Source: a bacterium (GTDB lineage Bacteria > UBA8248). Taken from it: a stretch of 64,000 nt of DNA. The stretch covers positions 2,976,001 to 3,040,000 of the forward strand of contig OY843592.1 in NCBI GenBank assembly GCA_963692865.2, read 5' to 3'. Every line of letters begins with the position of its first letter. Position 1 is the first letter of the stretch. The notes beneath the pieces were generated by a model, which saw only the letters and a list, made by a program, of their open reading frames with translations, ran no database searches and was not told the origin of the DNA. A program made the translations under genes and the position numbers. Below are positions 50,606 through 64,000 of the stretch, piece after piece.

Positions 50606-51535
50606 TCAGGCCTTGGCGGCGGAGCTTCTCTTGCTTCGGGAGCCGCGGCGCGCCGACTCCGGCCACGACAGCAGGATGGGGCTCGCCACGTAGATGGAGG
50701 AATACGTACCGGCCACGATGCCCACTGCGAGGGCGAACGCCACGTCGGAGATTATGTCGCCCCCCAGAATGAGGAACGCCAGCACCGCGACCAGCGTGGT
50801 ACCCGATGTGAGCAACGTGCGCGAGAGGGTCTGGTTGATGGATTTGTTGACGAGTCCCGAAAACTCGGCCCGCCTCGAAGCGCGCGTATTCTCGCGGATT
50901 CGGTCGAACACGACGATGGTGTCGTTCAGTGAATAACCGATAATCGTCAAGACGGCCGCCACGATGGGGAGTGAGAACTCCTTGCCGGAGAGGGAGAAGA
51001 CGCCCAGCGTGATGATGACGTCGTGCAAAAGCGCCACGACCGAGGCGATGGCCTGTCGGAACTGGAACCTGAAACTAATGTAGATCAGGATGCCGATGAG
51101 GGCGAAGAGCATGCTGCTGAGCGCCTTCTGGCGCAGGTCCGCACCCACTTTGGGACCCACCATCTCGGTTCTGCGCATCTCGAACGCGTCTTTGCCGAAT
51201 TTCTTGACGAGCGCGCCTTTCACGACGGATTCGACACCCTTGATGTCGCCCGAGCTTTTCTCCACGCGAATCAGGAACTCTCCCTCGGAGCCGAAATTCT
51301 GGATGACGGTATCGCCCAAAGAGAGTCCGGCGATGGCGCTTCGAATATCTCCAATCGGCTTGGCCTCTTTGAATTGCACCTGAACCAGCGTTCCGCCGGT
51401 GAAATCGATGCCGTAGTTGATCCCCTTGGTCATAAGCAGGAGCAGGGACAGCAAGACGAACGCGGTGGAGACGCCGACGAAGAGCTTGATTTTGCCGATG
51501 ATGTCGTATGATGCGTCTGGCCGGATGATCTCCAT
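50606..51535 (-). CDS. secF: Protein translocase subunit SecF
   Basis: GIDFTGG, VGPKVG, ALLHD, GYSLNDTIVVFDRIRE, GTYSS. Confidence 0.97.
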   Translation of the reverse strand: MEIIRPDASYDIIGKIKLFVGVSTAFVLLSLLLLMTKGINYGIDFTGGTLVQVQFKEAKPIGDIRSAIAGLSLGDTVIQNFGSEGEFLIRVEKSSGDIKGVESVVKGALVKKFGKDAFEMRRTEMVGPKVGADLRQKALSSMLFALIGILIYISFRFQFRQAIASVVALLHDVIITLGVFSLSGKEFSLPIVAAVLTIIGYSLNDTIVVFDRIRENTRASRRAEFSGLVNKSINQTLSRTLLTSGTTLVAVLAFLILGGDIISDVAFALAVGIVAGTYSSIYVASPILLSWPESARRGSRSKRSSAAKA

Positions 51536-53085
51536 TAGATGCTCAAACTCCTCACGTCGGTTCGGTACAAGAAGAAGTCATAGACGAATCGGGTGACGAA
51601 TATCGCCGTAAACATGCTCGCCACGATGCCGATGCTCAAGGTGACGGCGAATCCCTTGATGGGGCCCGTCCCGAACTGCAGGAGCACGAGCGCCGCGATG
51701 AGCGTCGTTACGTTCGCGTCGAGAATCGTGAGGAATGCCTTGCCGTAACCCGAATCGATCGCGGAGCGAATGGTTTTCCCCAGTCGCAACTCTTCGCGGA
51801 TGCGCTCAAAGATCAGGACGTTGGCGTCCACCGCCATCCCAACCGTGAGTACGATGCCGGCGATTCCCGGCAGGGTCAGCGTTGCGCCGAAAAAACCGAG
51901 CGCGCCCATGAGTATCAAGAGGTTGAACAAAAGCGCCATGATGGCCACCGCGCCGCTCAACTTGTAGTAGACCCCCATGAATATCAGAACGAGAATGAAG
52001 CCGACGATGATGCTGATAAGACCCTGCCGCACGGAATCGGCCCCCAGCGATGGGCCGACGTTTCTTTCCTCCAAAACCTCCACTGGAGCGGGGAGAGCGC
52101 CTGCTCTTAAGGCAATCGCCAGATCCGTCGCTTCTTCGAGCGTGAAGCTTCCCGTTATCTGCGCCCTGCCCTGGCTGATACGTTCCTGAATCACGGGCGC
52201 GCTGTAGATGACGCCGTCGAGCACGATGGCGAGGCGCCTGCCCACGTTGGCCGCCGTGAGGCGGTCGAACGCATCCGCACCTACCGAGTCGAACGCGATA
52301 GCCACGTAGGACTGGTTGAAGCGATCGCCGATTTCAACGCGCGCGTCCGTGAGGTTGTCCCCGGTCAGGGCGGCTTCTCTCTTGACCAGCAAGGGGGTGC
52401 GATCGAGCACCTCGCCCGTCTGCCTGTCTCTGGTCACCTGATAGAGAAGCTGGAGTCCCTCGGGCGCGCGGCCCCTTTCCACCGCGCTCGCGGCGTTGGC
52501 CTGGTTGTCCACCATCTTGAATTCCAGGAGCGCCGTCTTCCCGATCAAGGACTTCGCCCGGGAGGGATCCTCTACACCCGGAAGCTGGATGATGATGCGC
52601 CGCTCTCCCTGGCGCTGGAGCGTGGGTTCACGCACGCCGAACTGATCGATTCGGTTCCGAATCGTCTCGAGCGACTGAATGATAGCCTGCTCTTTCGTGC
52701 GCTCCACCTGTTGCGATGAGAGGAAATATGCGAACGTCGGCGGCGCGCCTTCTTCCCGCTCCAGGGTGAGGTCCGGGTAATTCTGCATCATCGAGAGGAA
52801 ACGGCCCCTGTCGCCGGGGCGATGCAGGGTCACGGTCAGCCTCAAGCCGTCGCGCTTGAAGGCACGGGTCCTTATGTCGTCGATGGAAAGACGGTTTCGA
52901 AGTTCCGTGAAATAGCGGCTCATTTTCGATTCCACCGCCTTTTCGGACTGCACCTCGAGGACGAGATGAATCCCGCCCTGCAAATCAAGCCCGAGGTTGA
53001 TGCGCTCATCCGGCGGCATCAGGTAAAACGCGGATACGGCGATTACAATGGCAATCAGGCCCGCCCGCCAACCTACACCCCTCAT
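51535..53085 (-). CDS. secD: Protein translocase subunit SecD
   Basis: LGLDLQGG, IQLPG, GPSLG, GMAVDANVLIFERIREE. Confidence 0.97.
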   Translation of the reverse strand: MRGVGWRAGLIAIVIAVSAFYLMPPDERINLGLDLQGGIHLVLEVQSEKAVESKMSRYFTELRNRLSIDDIRTRAFKRDGLRLTVTLHRPGDRGRFLSMMQNYPDLTLEREEGAPPTFAYFLSSQQVERTKEQAIIQSLETIRNRIDQFGVREPTLQRQGERRIIIQLPGVEDPSRAKSLIGKTALLEFKMVDNQANAASAVERGRAPEGLQLLYQVTRDRQTGEVLDRTPLLVKREAALTGDNLTDARVEIGDRFNQSYVAIAFDSVGADAFDRLTAANVGRRLAIVLDGVIYSAPVIQERISQGRAQITGSFTLEEATDLAIALRAGALPAPVEVLEERNVGPSLGADSVRQGLISIIVGFILVLIFMGVYYKLSGAVAIMALLFNLLILMGALGFFGATLTLPGIAGIVLTVGMAVDANVLIFERIREELRLGKTIRSAIDSGYGKAFLTILDANVTTLIAALVLLQFGTGPIKGFAVTLSIGIVASMFTAIFVTRFVYDFFLYRTDVRSLSI

Positions 53086-53160
53086 GAAACTCTCCTTACG
53101 CCGGGCGGCGCCGTGCCGCCCGCATCGAAAACCATATCACCGAATAACGGCGAAATGACT

Positions 53161-53559
53161 TCACTTTTGTTTTTCTGGCTTTTCTTTCCGGGGAGCCTTG
53201 TTCTGCTCCGCATTCGCGCTCGAACCCGCAGCCGTCACAAAAGATTTCTGCACGCGAATACGCACGTTCTCATCCACTTTCAGCGTCACGATGTCATCCT
53301 TGATTCTCGCCACTTCTCCCAGAATTCCACTCGCGACGACCTGATCGCCGGGCTTGAGAGCCTCCTGCATCCGGCGAATTTCCTGCTGCCTCTTCTGCTG
53401 GGGCCTGATCATGATGAAATAGATGATGGCGAAGATCATCAGGAACGGCGCCAGTTGAATCAGGAAGCTGGGCTGCCCTCCACCGCCGCCGGAAGGAGGG
53501 GCCATGGCGTATGCGACGGAAAAATCCGCCAACCATGCCGCTAGAGAATCCAACATCAT
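53161..53559 (-). CDS. yajC: Preprotein translocase subunit YajC
   Basis: IYFIMIRPQQKRQ, LKPGDQV; tgt-yajC-secDF context. Confidence 0.95.
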   Translation of the reverse strand: MMLDSLAAWLADFSVAYAMAPPSGGGGGQPSFLIQLAPFLMIFAIIYFIMIRPQQKRQQEIRRMQEALKPGDQVVASGILGEVARIKDDIVTLKVDENVRIRVQKSFVTAAGSSANAEQNKAPRKEKPEKQK

Positions 53560-53658
53560 CTACGTCTCCATGAAAAAAGCGCTTCGCCTGTCCTCATAGC
53601 CAAGGCTTCGTAGCAAAGCCCCCGCTCCTTGTCAACAAAGGCATTAAGAATCAGTCGC

Positions 53659-55610
<1,952 letters not shown>

Positions 55611-55641
55611 GACTGCTCTCGCCGGCTGGACCAATTATCCG

Positions 55642-56826
55642 CTACAGCTTGCGGACATGGGTCACCCGGCCCCCTCGCAGGTAGATTCTCGGCACGCGCA
55701 TGCCCACCCCGCACATGATCTCATAAGGTATCGTCTCGGCCCTGTCAGCCAACTCCCCGCAACTGACGGCCCCACCACCCTGCTCTCCCAAAAGGACGAC
55801 TTCATCCCCCGGCGCGACGCTTTCGATATTCGTCACATCCAGCGCCAGCATGTCCATGGATACGCGCCCCGCCACCGGAACCCGCAAGCCGCAAGCCAAC
55901 GCGTCCGCGCGGTTGGAGAGAATGCGCGGATAGCCGTCCCCGTACCCCGCCGCCACGATTGCGATTCGACCGGGTGAATTCCTCTCATACGTTCCGCCAT
56001 AGCCGACCGGCCGGCCCGCGTCCATCTCTTTTACCTGCAACACTCTCGCCACCCACGTCATGGCGCATTGAAGCGTCACGCTCTTCGAAAACTGGGGCGA
56101 GGAGCCATACAGCGCGATTCCCAGACGCACGAGATTGCCGGGCGCCTGGGGATAATTCAACAAGCCCGCGCTGTTCGCCATATGGACACAGGGGGGAAGC
56201 AGGTTTTTCTCCCCAAGCGCATGGATGAGCGCCTCCATCTCGCGAATCTGCGCGCCCGTCGCGGCCTCTCCATCTTCTTCGTCCGCCCGGGCGAAGTGGC
56301 TCATCAACCCGGCGACCTCGACCCTCTCCTCTCGGGATGTCCTCTCGAAGAAATCGACGGCTTCCGCCGGGCGCAATCCCAGACGCCCCATTCCCGTATC
56401 CACCTTGACGTGGACTCTGGCCTTCCTCCCTGCTACTCTCGCTGCGCTTGCCAAGCCTTCAATTTGCTCCATATGCCAGACGGCGACGTCGCAATCCGCC
56501 TCGATCAGCCTCCCCGCGTTATACGCCAACGTATCGCTCATCACCAATATGCGCGCATCGGCGAATCCGTCTCCCTCCTCGCGGTTACGGGCGGCGCGGA
56601 GCGATTCCGCCTCCTCGACCGTCGCCACGCCGAACCACCTCGCGCCCGACTCATACAAAGCGCGAGCAACCTCCACGCCCCCGTGCCCGTAGGCCTCCGC
56701 CTTCACGACGGCGAACGGCTCTTGCGAGACAAGCAGACTCGTCAGATTTTTATAATTTTGAATCAGGATGTCCAGATCGATGAAAACGGCGTTGCGATAC
56801 CCCGACGGCAGCAAATGTTCACTCAA
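55642..56826 (-). CDS. alr: Alanine racemase
   Basis: AVVKAEAYGHG, KVDTGMGRLG, GYGDG, GRVSMD, TIPYE. Confidence 0.96.
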   Translation of the reverse strand: MSEHLLPSGYRNAVFIDLDILIQNYKNLTSLLVSQEPFAVVKAEAYGHGGVEVARALYESGARWFGVATVEEAESLRAARNREEGDGFADARILVMSDTLAYNAGRLIEADCDVAVWHMEQIEGLASAARVAGRKARVHVKVDTGMGRLGLRPAEAVDFFERTSREERVEVAGLMSHFARADEEDGEAATGAQIREMEALIHALGEKNLLPPCVHMANSAGLLNYPQAPGNLVRLGIALYGSSPQFSKSVTLQCAMTWVARVLQVKEMDAGRPVGYGGTYERNSPGRIAIVAAGYGDGYPRILSNRADALACGLRVPVAGRVSMDMLALDVTNIESVAPGDEVVLLGEQGGGAVSCGELADRAETIPYEIMCGVGMRVPRIYLRGGRVTHVRKL

Positions 56827-56868
56827 AAAGAAGGCCCCCTTTTTGGAGACGTCCTCGTCGTTTCTTCG

Positions 56869-58293
56869 CTAGAACGGCGAATCTTCTTCCTCGGGATAGC
56901 CCGGTTCCGCGTATTGCGAGCCTACGGCGGCGCCCTCGTGGTACGTATCGAGGTTAACGAACCGCGCATAGTCCGGGAAAAACTTGAGCTCCAGCTCGCC
57001 GGTCGGCCCGTTGCGTTGCTTGGCGAGAATGACGGTGGCGAGTCCTTTGTTCTCGGCCTTCGGTTCGTAATACTCTTCGCGATACAGCAAGGCCACGACA
57101 TCCGCGTCCTGTTCTATCGAGCCCGACTCGCGCAAATCGGCGAGGTTGGGGCGCTTGCCCTCCCTCGATTCCACCGCCCTCGACAACTGACTCAAGGCCA
57201 CGACGGGCACGCCTAGTTCCTTCGCCAGGCTTTTCAAGCCACGGGATATCTCGCTGATCTCGCGCTGGCGGTTCTCCATGGAGCGGCCCCTGTGATGCAC
57301 GAGTTGGAGATAATCGACCACCACGAGCCCAAGGCCCTGATCCGCCTGAATGCGGCGGCATTTCGCCCGGATGTCGAACACGGACAAATCCGTCGCGTCG
57401 TCCACGTAGATGGAAGCCTCCGAGAGTTCGCCCGCGCTGCGAATCAAATCCGGCCACTTCTGGGACGGCATGTAGCCGCTTTGGAGCTGCCTGGAATTCA
57501 CCATGGCGCGGCCGCACATCATCCGAATCGCCAATGCGCGCGCGCTCATCTCGAGGCTGAATATCGCCGTGGCGGTCTTCGACGCCAACGCGGCGTATTC
57601 GGCGATGCAAAGCGCGAACGCCGTCTTTCCCATGCTGGGGCGACCGGCAACGATGACCAGTTCCCCGGGCTGCAGGCCGCTCGTCAGCTTGTCCAGGTCC
57701 GTGAACCCCGTGGGCACGCCGGTGACGAGTTCCTTGCGGTCGTAGAGGTCCTCCAGGTAGGGGAACGTGTGCTTGATGATGTCGCGCATCCCCTCGACGC
57801 TTTGCTGGTAACGGCCGGACGAGACCTCCAGCATCGCGCGCTCGGCGTCGTCCACGAGCGTATCGATATCCTCCTCGCCCGTGAAGGCTCTCTGCGCGAT
57901 GGCGTTCGAGGTATGTATGAGTTCTCTGAGCAACGCCGTGCTTCTGACGAGTTTCGCATAGGTTTCCGCGCGCCTGGCGCTGGAAACATCGTCCGCCAGA
58001 CGCGCGACATATTCGGGCCCGCCCGCGGTGTCGAGCGTTCCCGCCTTTTTCAGGGCGTCGGCCAGGGTGAGCAGGTCGATGGGTTCGGATTTCTCGAAAA
58101 GGCCGAGCATGCCTTCGTAAATCACGCGGTGGCTCATGCGGTAGAAATGCTCCGGCCGCAACACCTCCATCACGGGCGGCACCATCGAGCCGTCGAGCAG
58201 CAAGGCACCCAGAACGCGCTGTTCGGCTTCTATGTTCTGCGGGGGAAGATGGCCCGGCTGCCCGGAACGCTCATCGCGAGCGGTCGTTTCCAC
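56869..58293 (-). CDS. dnaB: Replicative DNA helicase
   Basis: GRPSMGKT, SLEM, DYLQL, LSQLSR, LRESGSIEQDAD, KQRNGP; no intein. Confidence 0.98.
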   Translation of the reverse strand: METTARDERSGQPGHLPPQNIEAEQRVLGALLLDGSMVPPVMEVLRPEHFYRMSHRVIYEGMLGLFEKSEPIDLLTLADALKKAGTLDTAGGPEYVARLADDVSSARRAETYAKLVRSTALLRELIHTSNAIAQRAFTGEEDIDTLVDDAERAMLEVSSGRYQQSVEGMRDIIKHTFPYLEDLYDRKELVTGVPTGFTDLDKLTSGLQPGELVIVAGRPSMGKTAFALCIAEYAALASKTATAIFSLEMSARALAIRMMCGRAMVNSRQLQSGYMPSQKWPDLIRSAGELSEASIYVDDATDLSVFDIRAKCRRIQADQGLGLVVVDYLQLVHHRGRSMENRQREISEISRGLKSLAKELGVPVVALSQLSRAVESREGKRPNLADLRESGSIEQDADVVALLYREEYYEPKAENKGLATVILAKQRNGPTGELELKFFPDYARFVNLDTYHEGAAVGSQYAEPGYPEEEDSPF

Positions 58294-58403
58294 TTCAAGA
58301 CTCCAACGGCGATTCCGTGGAAAGAACGGGCGAGGAGTTTAGATTACATCAGATGAAGCCAAGATCAAACTACGGGAAACCGTAAATCCCGGATCAACCG
58401 GAG

Positions 58404-58433
58404 AAAAAGGGCGCCGAAATACAGCGGCCCCTT
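58404..58433 (-). terminator. Putative intrinsic terminator downstream of rplI
   Basis: Minus strand GGGGCCG-ctgtattt-CGGCGCCC-TTTTT. Confidence 0.45.
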
Positions 58434-58496
58434 CTATCTATATGATATCATGCGCGTTGCGACTGTGCGCCAGAAAACGACCAGCTATGGAAAACG

Positions 58497-59129
58497 CTAC
58501 TCGGGCTTCCCTTGCCCGTCTTCCCCGTCCGGGTTCTCTTCCGGCTCATCTTCGACAACGGCCTCGGTCGCCTCCCCTGCCGTTTCCGCTTCGGCTTCGA
58601 CCCCGACTTCATCCGCAGCCTCGGCGGTTTCTTCGGTATCGGCGGCGGCCGCTTCTTCCGCCTCGGCCTGGGCTTCCAGAGACGCCTCATCGGGCATCAC
58701 CTTCACCTGCACCGACGCCCTCACCTCCTGGTGCAGGCGGATGTCGACGTCATAGGTGCCGACCTTCTTGATCGGTTCGTCCAGAACGATCCTCCTGCGG
58801 TTCACCTCCAGGCCCTTCTCCTGTAGGGCGTCCTCGATCATCCGGTTCGTCACCGAGCCGAACAGCCTGCCGTCCGCGCCCACGCGCATCGAGAACTCGA
58901 TCTCGACCCCGGTAAATTCACCCGCGAAATCCTGCGCGCTGCGCTTCGCCGCCTGGATTTGCGCTTCCCGCAGCCGCTGCTCGTGCTGCGTCGCGCGCAC
59001 CGTGCTCGCCGTGGCGTGAAGCGCCAGACCTTTCGGAATGAGATAGTTGAGCCCGTAGCCGTCGGCTACTTCGACGACGTCGCCCACCTCTCCGAGATGC
59101 TCTATGTCCTTACGCAATATCAAGCGCAT
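58497..59129 (-). CDS. rplI: 50S ribosomal protein L9 with acidic C-terminal tail
   Basis: LGEVGDVVEVADGYGLNYLIP, GRLFGSVT, PIKKVG. Confidence 0.97.
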   Translation of the reverse strand: MRLILRKDIEHLGEVGDVVEVADGYGLNYLIPKGLALHATASTVRATQHEQRLREAQIQAAKRSAQDFAGEFTGVEIEFSMRVGADGRLFGSVTNRMIEDALQEKGLEVNRRRIVLDEPIKKVGTYDVDIRLHQEVRASVQVKVMPDEASLEAQAEAEEAAAADTEETAEAADEVGVEAEAETAGEATEAVVEDEPEENPDGEDGQGKPE

Positions 59130-59146
59130 CTTTCGATATCTCCGAC

Positions 59147-59416
59147 TTATGAATGGTCTACGGTGTAGGGCATCAACGCCATGTAGCGGGCGCGCTTAAT
59201 GGCCGTCGTCAATTGCCGCTGAAAGCGTGCGGACGTGCCGGTCACGCGGCGGGGAATGATTTTTCCCCGCTCGCTCACCATGTTTCGAAGCGTTTTCACG
59301 TCCTTGTAGTCGATATACGCCACGCCATCCGCAGAGAAGCGGCATATCTTCTTTCGCTGAAAACGCTTTTTTCTCTTCTTTTTCTTATCGCCGAATCCAC
59401 GGGGCACAAGCGCCAT
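59147..59416 (-). CDS. rpsR: 30S ribosomal protein S18
   Basis: [27 protein letters not shown]. Confidence 0.98.
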   Translation of the reverse strand: MALVPRGFGDKKKKRKKRFQRKKICRFSADGVAYIDYKDVKTLRNMVSERGKIIPRRVTGTSARFQRQLTTAIKRARYMALMPYTVDHS

Positions 59417-59451
59417 CTCTATCTCCTAAAAATGGTCGACAAGTTTCGATA

Positions 59452-59874
59452 TCAAAACGGGATGTCATCGTCCGTCATGGGCGAGTCTTGCGACGGCGGC
59501 GCGTAGGATTCCGCGCTCCTCGACCCGCCGCCTCCTGCCCTCTCGTCCCGGGTGGTGAGGAAATGGACGTTGTTCGCCACAACTTCGTGCTTGCTGCGCC
59601 TCGAACCATCCTGCGCTTCCCATGAACGGAAACTCAAACGCCCTTCCACCACGAGCGGGCTGCCCTTGCTCGTCTGCTCCATTACCCAGTCGCCCTGCCG
59701 TCCATAGACGACCACATCCACGAAGCACGTATCCTCTTTCCACTCCTCTCCGCTGCGATATCGCCGATTGACCGCGAACCCGAACGAAACCACGGAATTC
59801 CCTGAAGGCAGAAACCGTTTTTCGGGATCGCGCGTCATGTTGCCGCGAAGATAAACAGAATTCATCTGAGCCAT
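59452..59874 (-). CDS. ssb: Single-stranded DNA-binding protein
   Basis: GNMTRDPE, VEGRL, C-terminal DDDIPF. Confidence 0.97.
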   Translation of the reverse strand: MAQMNSVYLRGNMTRDPEKRFLPSGNSVVSFGFAVNRRYRSGEEWKEDTCFVDVVVYGRQGDWVMEQTSKGSPLVVEGRLSFRSWEAQDGSRRSKHEVVANNVHFLTTRDERAGGGGSRSAESYAPPSQDSPMTDDDIPF

Positions 59875-59891
59875 AACAATCCCCTCGCCAT

Positions 59892-60302
59892 TTATGAGTC
59901 GTCCGACGAGGCGGGCGCGGGTCGGCGTTGAGAATCGCCATCACCCCCCTCCGAAGCCCCCTCTTGCTCCCTCGCGGCTGCGCTTTTTGCGTTTTTCTCG
60001 ATCTTTCTCAGAAGGGCGTCATCCATCCGCACCGTCATGTAGCGCCATGTCTGCTCATCGATGCGCATATCACGCTCGATGTCCGCCACGACCGGCGGCT
60101 CCGAATGATATGTGATGATGAAATAGATGCCGTGACGCTGGCGGTTGATGGGATATGCGAGGCGCTTCTTGCCCCACCGGTCCACGTTCAGAACTTCCCC
60201 GCCCCCCTCGGTCACCTTTTTCTCGAAACCGGAGATCTTCTCCTCCACGGTCTCATCGGTGAGTTCGGGGGACAGCAAAACCATGGTTTCGTACTGTCTC
60301 AT
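59892..60302 (-). CDS. rpsF: 30S ribosomal protein S6
   Basis: MRQYE, WGKKRLAYPI. Confidence 0.97.
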   Translation of the reverse strand: MRQYETMVLLSPELTDETVEEKISGFEKKVTEGGGEVLNVDRWGKKRLAYPINRQRHGIYFIITYHSEPPVVADIERDMRIDEQTWRYMTVRMDDALLRKIEKNAKSAAAREQEGASEGGDGDSQRRPAPASSDDS

Positions 60303-60358
60303 CTAGTCCTCCTCCCGGACTGAGCGGCCCCGGCCCGTGTCGACCGGAGCGAGGAGCC
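60303..60358 (-). promoter_or_regulatory. S6:S18 ribosomal protein leader (autogenous control element)
   Basis: Minus strand CTCCTCGC-hairpin-GGCCGCTCAGTCC-GGGAGGAGG before the rpsF ATG; CCG motif plus anti-SD pairing. Confidence 0.7.
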
Positions 60359-60455
60359 AATAAGAGCCGAAGGTTAGCACACATGCCCCCGGCGGGCCAT
60401 AGCGGATCAAAAAAGCGCCGCGAAAATGATACGCTGGTTCAAATTCCCGCTTTCA

Positions 60456-62453
<1,998 letters not shown>

Positions 62454-62535
62454 TATCTTCCTTTCCTCCTCCTCACGGGCTGTTTAGCGAGAGGTATTAA
62501 GATGGACTTTCAATTTTGCGATGAACAAGACGGAT

Positions 62536-63078
62536 TCAGGAGCTGGCGCCAACAACAAAATCAAACGCCCGCCTCACCGCCTCATCAACAGCAGGCTCCA
62601 CTGCTTCCAATTCATGATCCAGAAAAGAATCCAACAACCAATCCGCGCCGTTCACTCCAACCGGTGGTCTGCCCACCCCGATGCGCAGACGGGAAAACAC
62701 GTCCGTGCCCAATGAGTGGATAATGCTGCCGATGCCATGATGGCCCGCGTCTCCACCCGATTTCTTGTACTTCACACGACCGAGTTCGATATCCATATCG
62801 TCGTGCATCACGAGCAAGTCTTCCGGCCCCAATCCTTCTCCGAGCATGAGGGACCTCACGGCCTTGCCGCTTAGATTCATGAACGTCTGGGGCTTCGCGA
62901 GTATGAATTTCCAGCCCCTAAGCGATCCGCGCCCCAAAGCGGAATGATGTTTCGAATCATTCATCGAAACGCGATGGGCGCGGGCCATCCTGTCCACCGC
63001 CCAAAAGCCCAGATTGTGCCTCGTCAACGCATACTCTACCCCGGGATTGCCAAGACCGACGATCAAAACAGCAGCCAT
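62536..63078 (-). CDS. pth: Peptidyl-tRNA hydrolase
   Basis: VGLGNPG, TRHNLG, KPQTFMNLSG, HDDMD, RLRIGVG. Confidence 0.96.
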   Translation of the reverse strand: MAAVLIVGLGNPGVEYALTRHNLGFWAVDRMARAHRVSMNDSKHHSALGRGSLRGWKFILAKPQTFMNLSGKAVRSLMLGEGLGPEDLLVMHDDMDIELGRVKYKKSGGDAGHHGIGSIIHSLGTDVFSRLRIGVGRPPVGVNGADWLLDSFLDHELEAVEPAVDEAVRRAFDFVVGASS

Positions 63079-63120
63079 CCGAACCCCAGTTTCATTTTCC
63101 CCGGCTCCCTGCAAGAACTA

Positions 63121-63798
63121 TCAGCCGGAAGAATCAGCAGGCTTATCCCCTTCATCGTCAGAATCCTCGGCCTCCGGCGCATCTTCTCCTTCGGCTTCGA
63201 CGTCAAGCAATTCATCCTCATCCACTTCTTCTTCCTCTTCCACAGGAACGATTACCGTCAGGACGGGATCATCGGGGTCGGCCACAAGCTCAACGCCTTC
63301 GGGAATTTGCAGATCGCGCACGTGGAGAACGTCGCCAATTTCCACCTCCGAAATATCGACCTCGATTTGTTCCGGGATGGCGTTCGGCAGACAGGATATC
63401 TCCAGTTCACGCAGCAGTTGAGAAAGCGTTCCGCCCATTTTCTCTCCGGGCGCCTCGCCCGACAAGGAGAGCGGCACGGCGATTTCGATTGTTTCGTCCA
63501 TCCGGATTTCCAGAAAATCGGCGTGAAGGATGTCCCCTCTCATCGGGTCGCGCTGAAGCTCCTTTACGATCACCGGACGCTCCGAGGCGGCTTCACCCTC
63601 CACGTTGAGCTGGAATACGACGTTTGCGCCGGCCCTCGTACCGAGCAAGGCCTCCAACTCCTTGGGCTTGATGGTCAAGGGTGTCGAATCCTGAATTCCG
63701 TATACGACGCCTGGAATGTTACCGGCTCTTCTCACCGCACGGGCGCCGCTCTTGCCCGTTTGCGCTCTTTTATCCACAGAAAGAGACAGGTTTTCCAT
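63121..63798 (-). CDS. rplY: 50S ribosomal protein L25/Ctc
   Basis: IPGVVYG, ELQRDP, LHADF, CLPNAIPE; acidic tail. Confidence 0.96.
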   Translation of the reverse strand: MENLSLSVDKRAQTGKSGARAVRRAGNIPGVVYGIQDSTPLTIKPKELEALLGTRAGANVVFQLNVEGEAASERPVIVKELQRDPMRGDILHADFLEIRMDETIEIAVPLSLSGEAPGEKMGGTLSQLLRELEISCLPNAIPEQIEVDISEVEIGDVLHVRDLQIPEGVELVADPDDPVLTVIVPVEEEEEVDEDELLDVEAEGEDAPEAEDSDDEGDKPADSSG

Positions 63799-63834
63799 TT
63801 TTCGCTCCAAATATGCCGACGACGACCAGAATGG

Positions 63835-64000
63835 TTATTCGAACAGGCTGCTCACGGAGGCGTTCTCGTGAATCCGTCGAATCGCCTCGGCCAAAAGCCT
63901 CCCCACCTCCAGCACCTTGATGCGAGAGCAGCCTTTCGCCTTATCCGAAAGCGGTATCGAATCGCTCACGACGAACTCGACGATGCTCGATTTCTCGATT
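63835..64000 (-). CDS. prs: Ribose-phosphate pyrophosphokinase, C-terminal part (runs off window)
   Basis: Manual translation ...VVSDSIP...LLAEAIRRIHENASVSSLFE*; prs-rplY-pth context. Confidence 0.92.
   Translation of the reverse strand, partial: IEKSSIVEFVVSDSIPLSDKAKGCSRIKVLEVGRLLAEAIRRIHENASVSSLFE

Overview
GC-rich bacterial chromosome segment; gene order (mreBCD-mrdA-rodA, radical SAM-rng, dprA-topA-trmFO-xerC-hslVU-argBDFG, dnaB-alr, prs-rplY-pth) suggests a Deltaproteobacteria/Nitrospinota-like lineage (inference). About 1-23 kb is accessory. It holds catabolic and PLP enzymes interleaved with short non-autonomous mobile elements and palindromic repeats (1-9.6 kb), a DNA-repair-type radical SAM gene, tRNA-Glu(CTC), an AhpD-like gene with an in-frame UGA in a CxxU motif plus a SECIS-like hairpin, a 7-gene sulfur-carrier operon, thiD and glgP. 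About 23-64 kb is core housekeeping. Best leads: (1) the two ThiF/MoeB paralogues of the sulfur-carrier operon have complementary losses (one keeps the trans-acting Arg finger but lacks the ATP/Zn motifs, the other has those motifs but no Arg finger), suggesting a bacterial heterodimeric E1 analogous to SAE1/UBA2; (2) a probable selenoprotein that ORF callers split in two; (3) a nested MITE with a 5-bp target duplication whose empty site is present elsewhere in the window. All calls come from reading the sequence; no searches were run.
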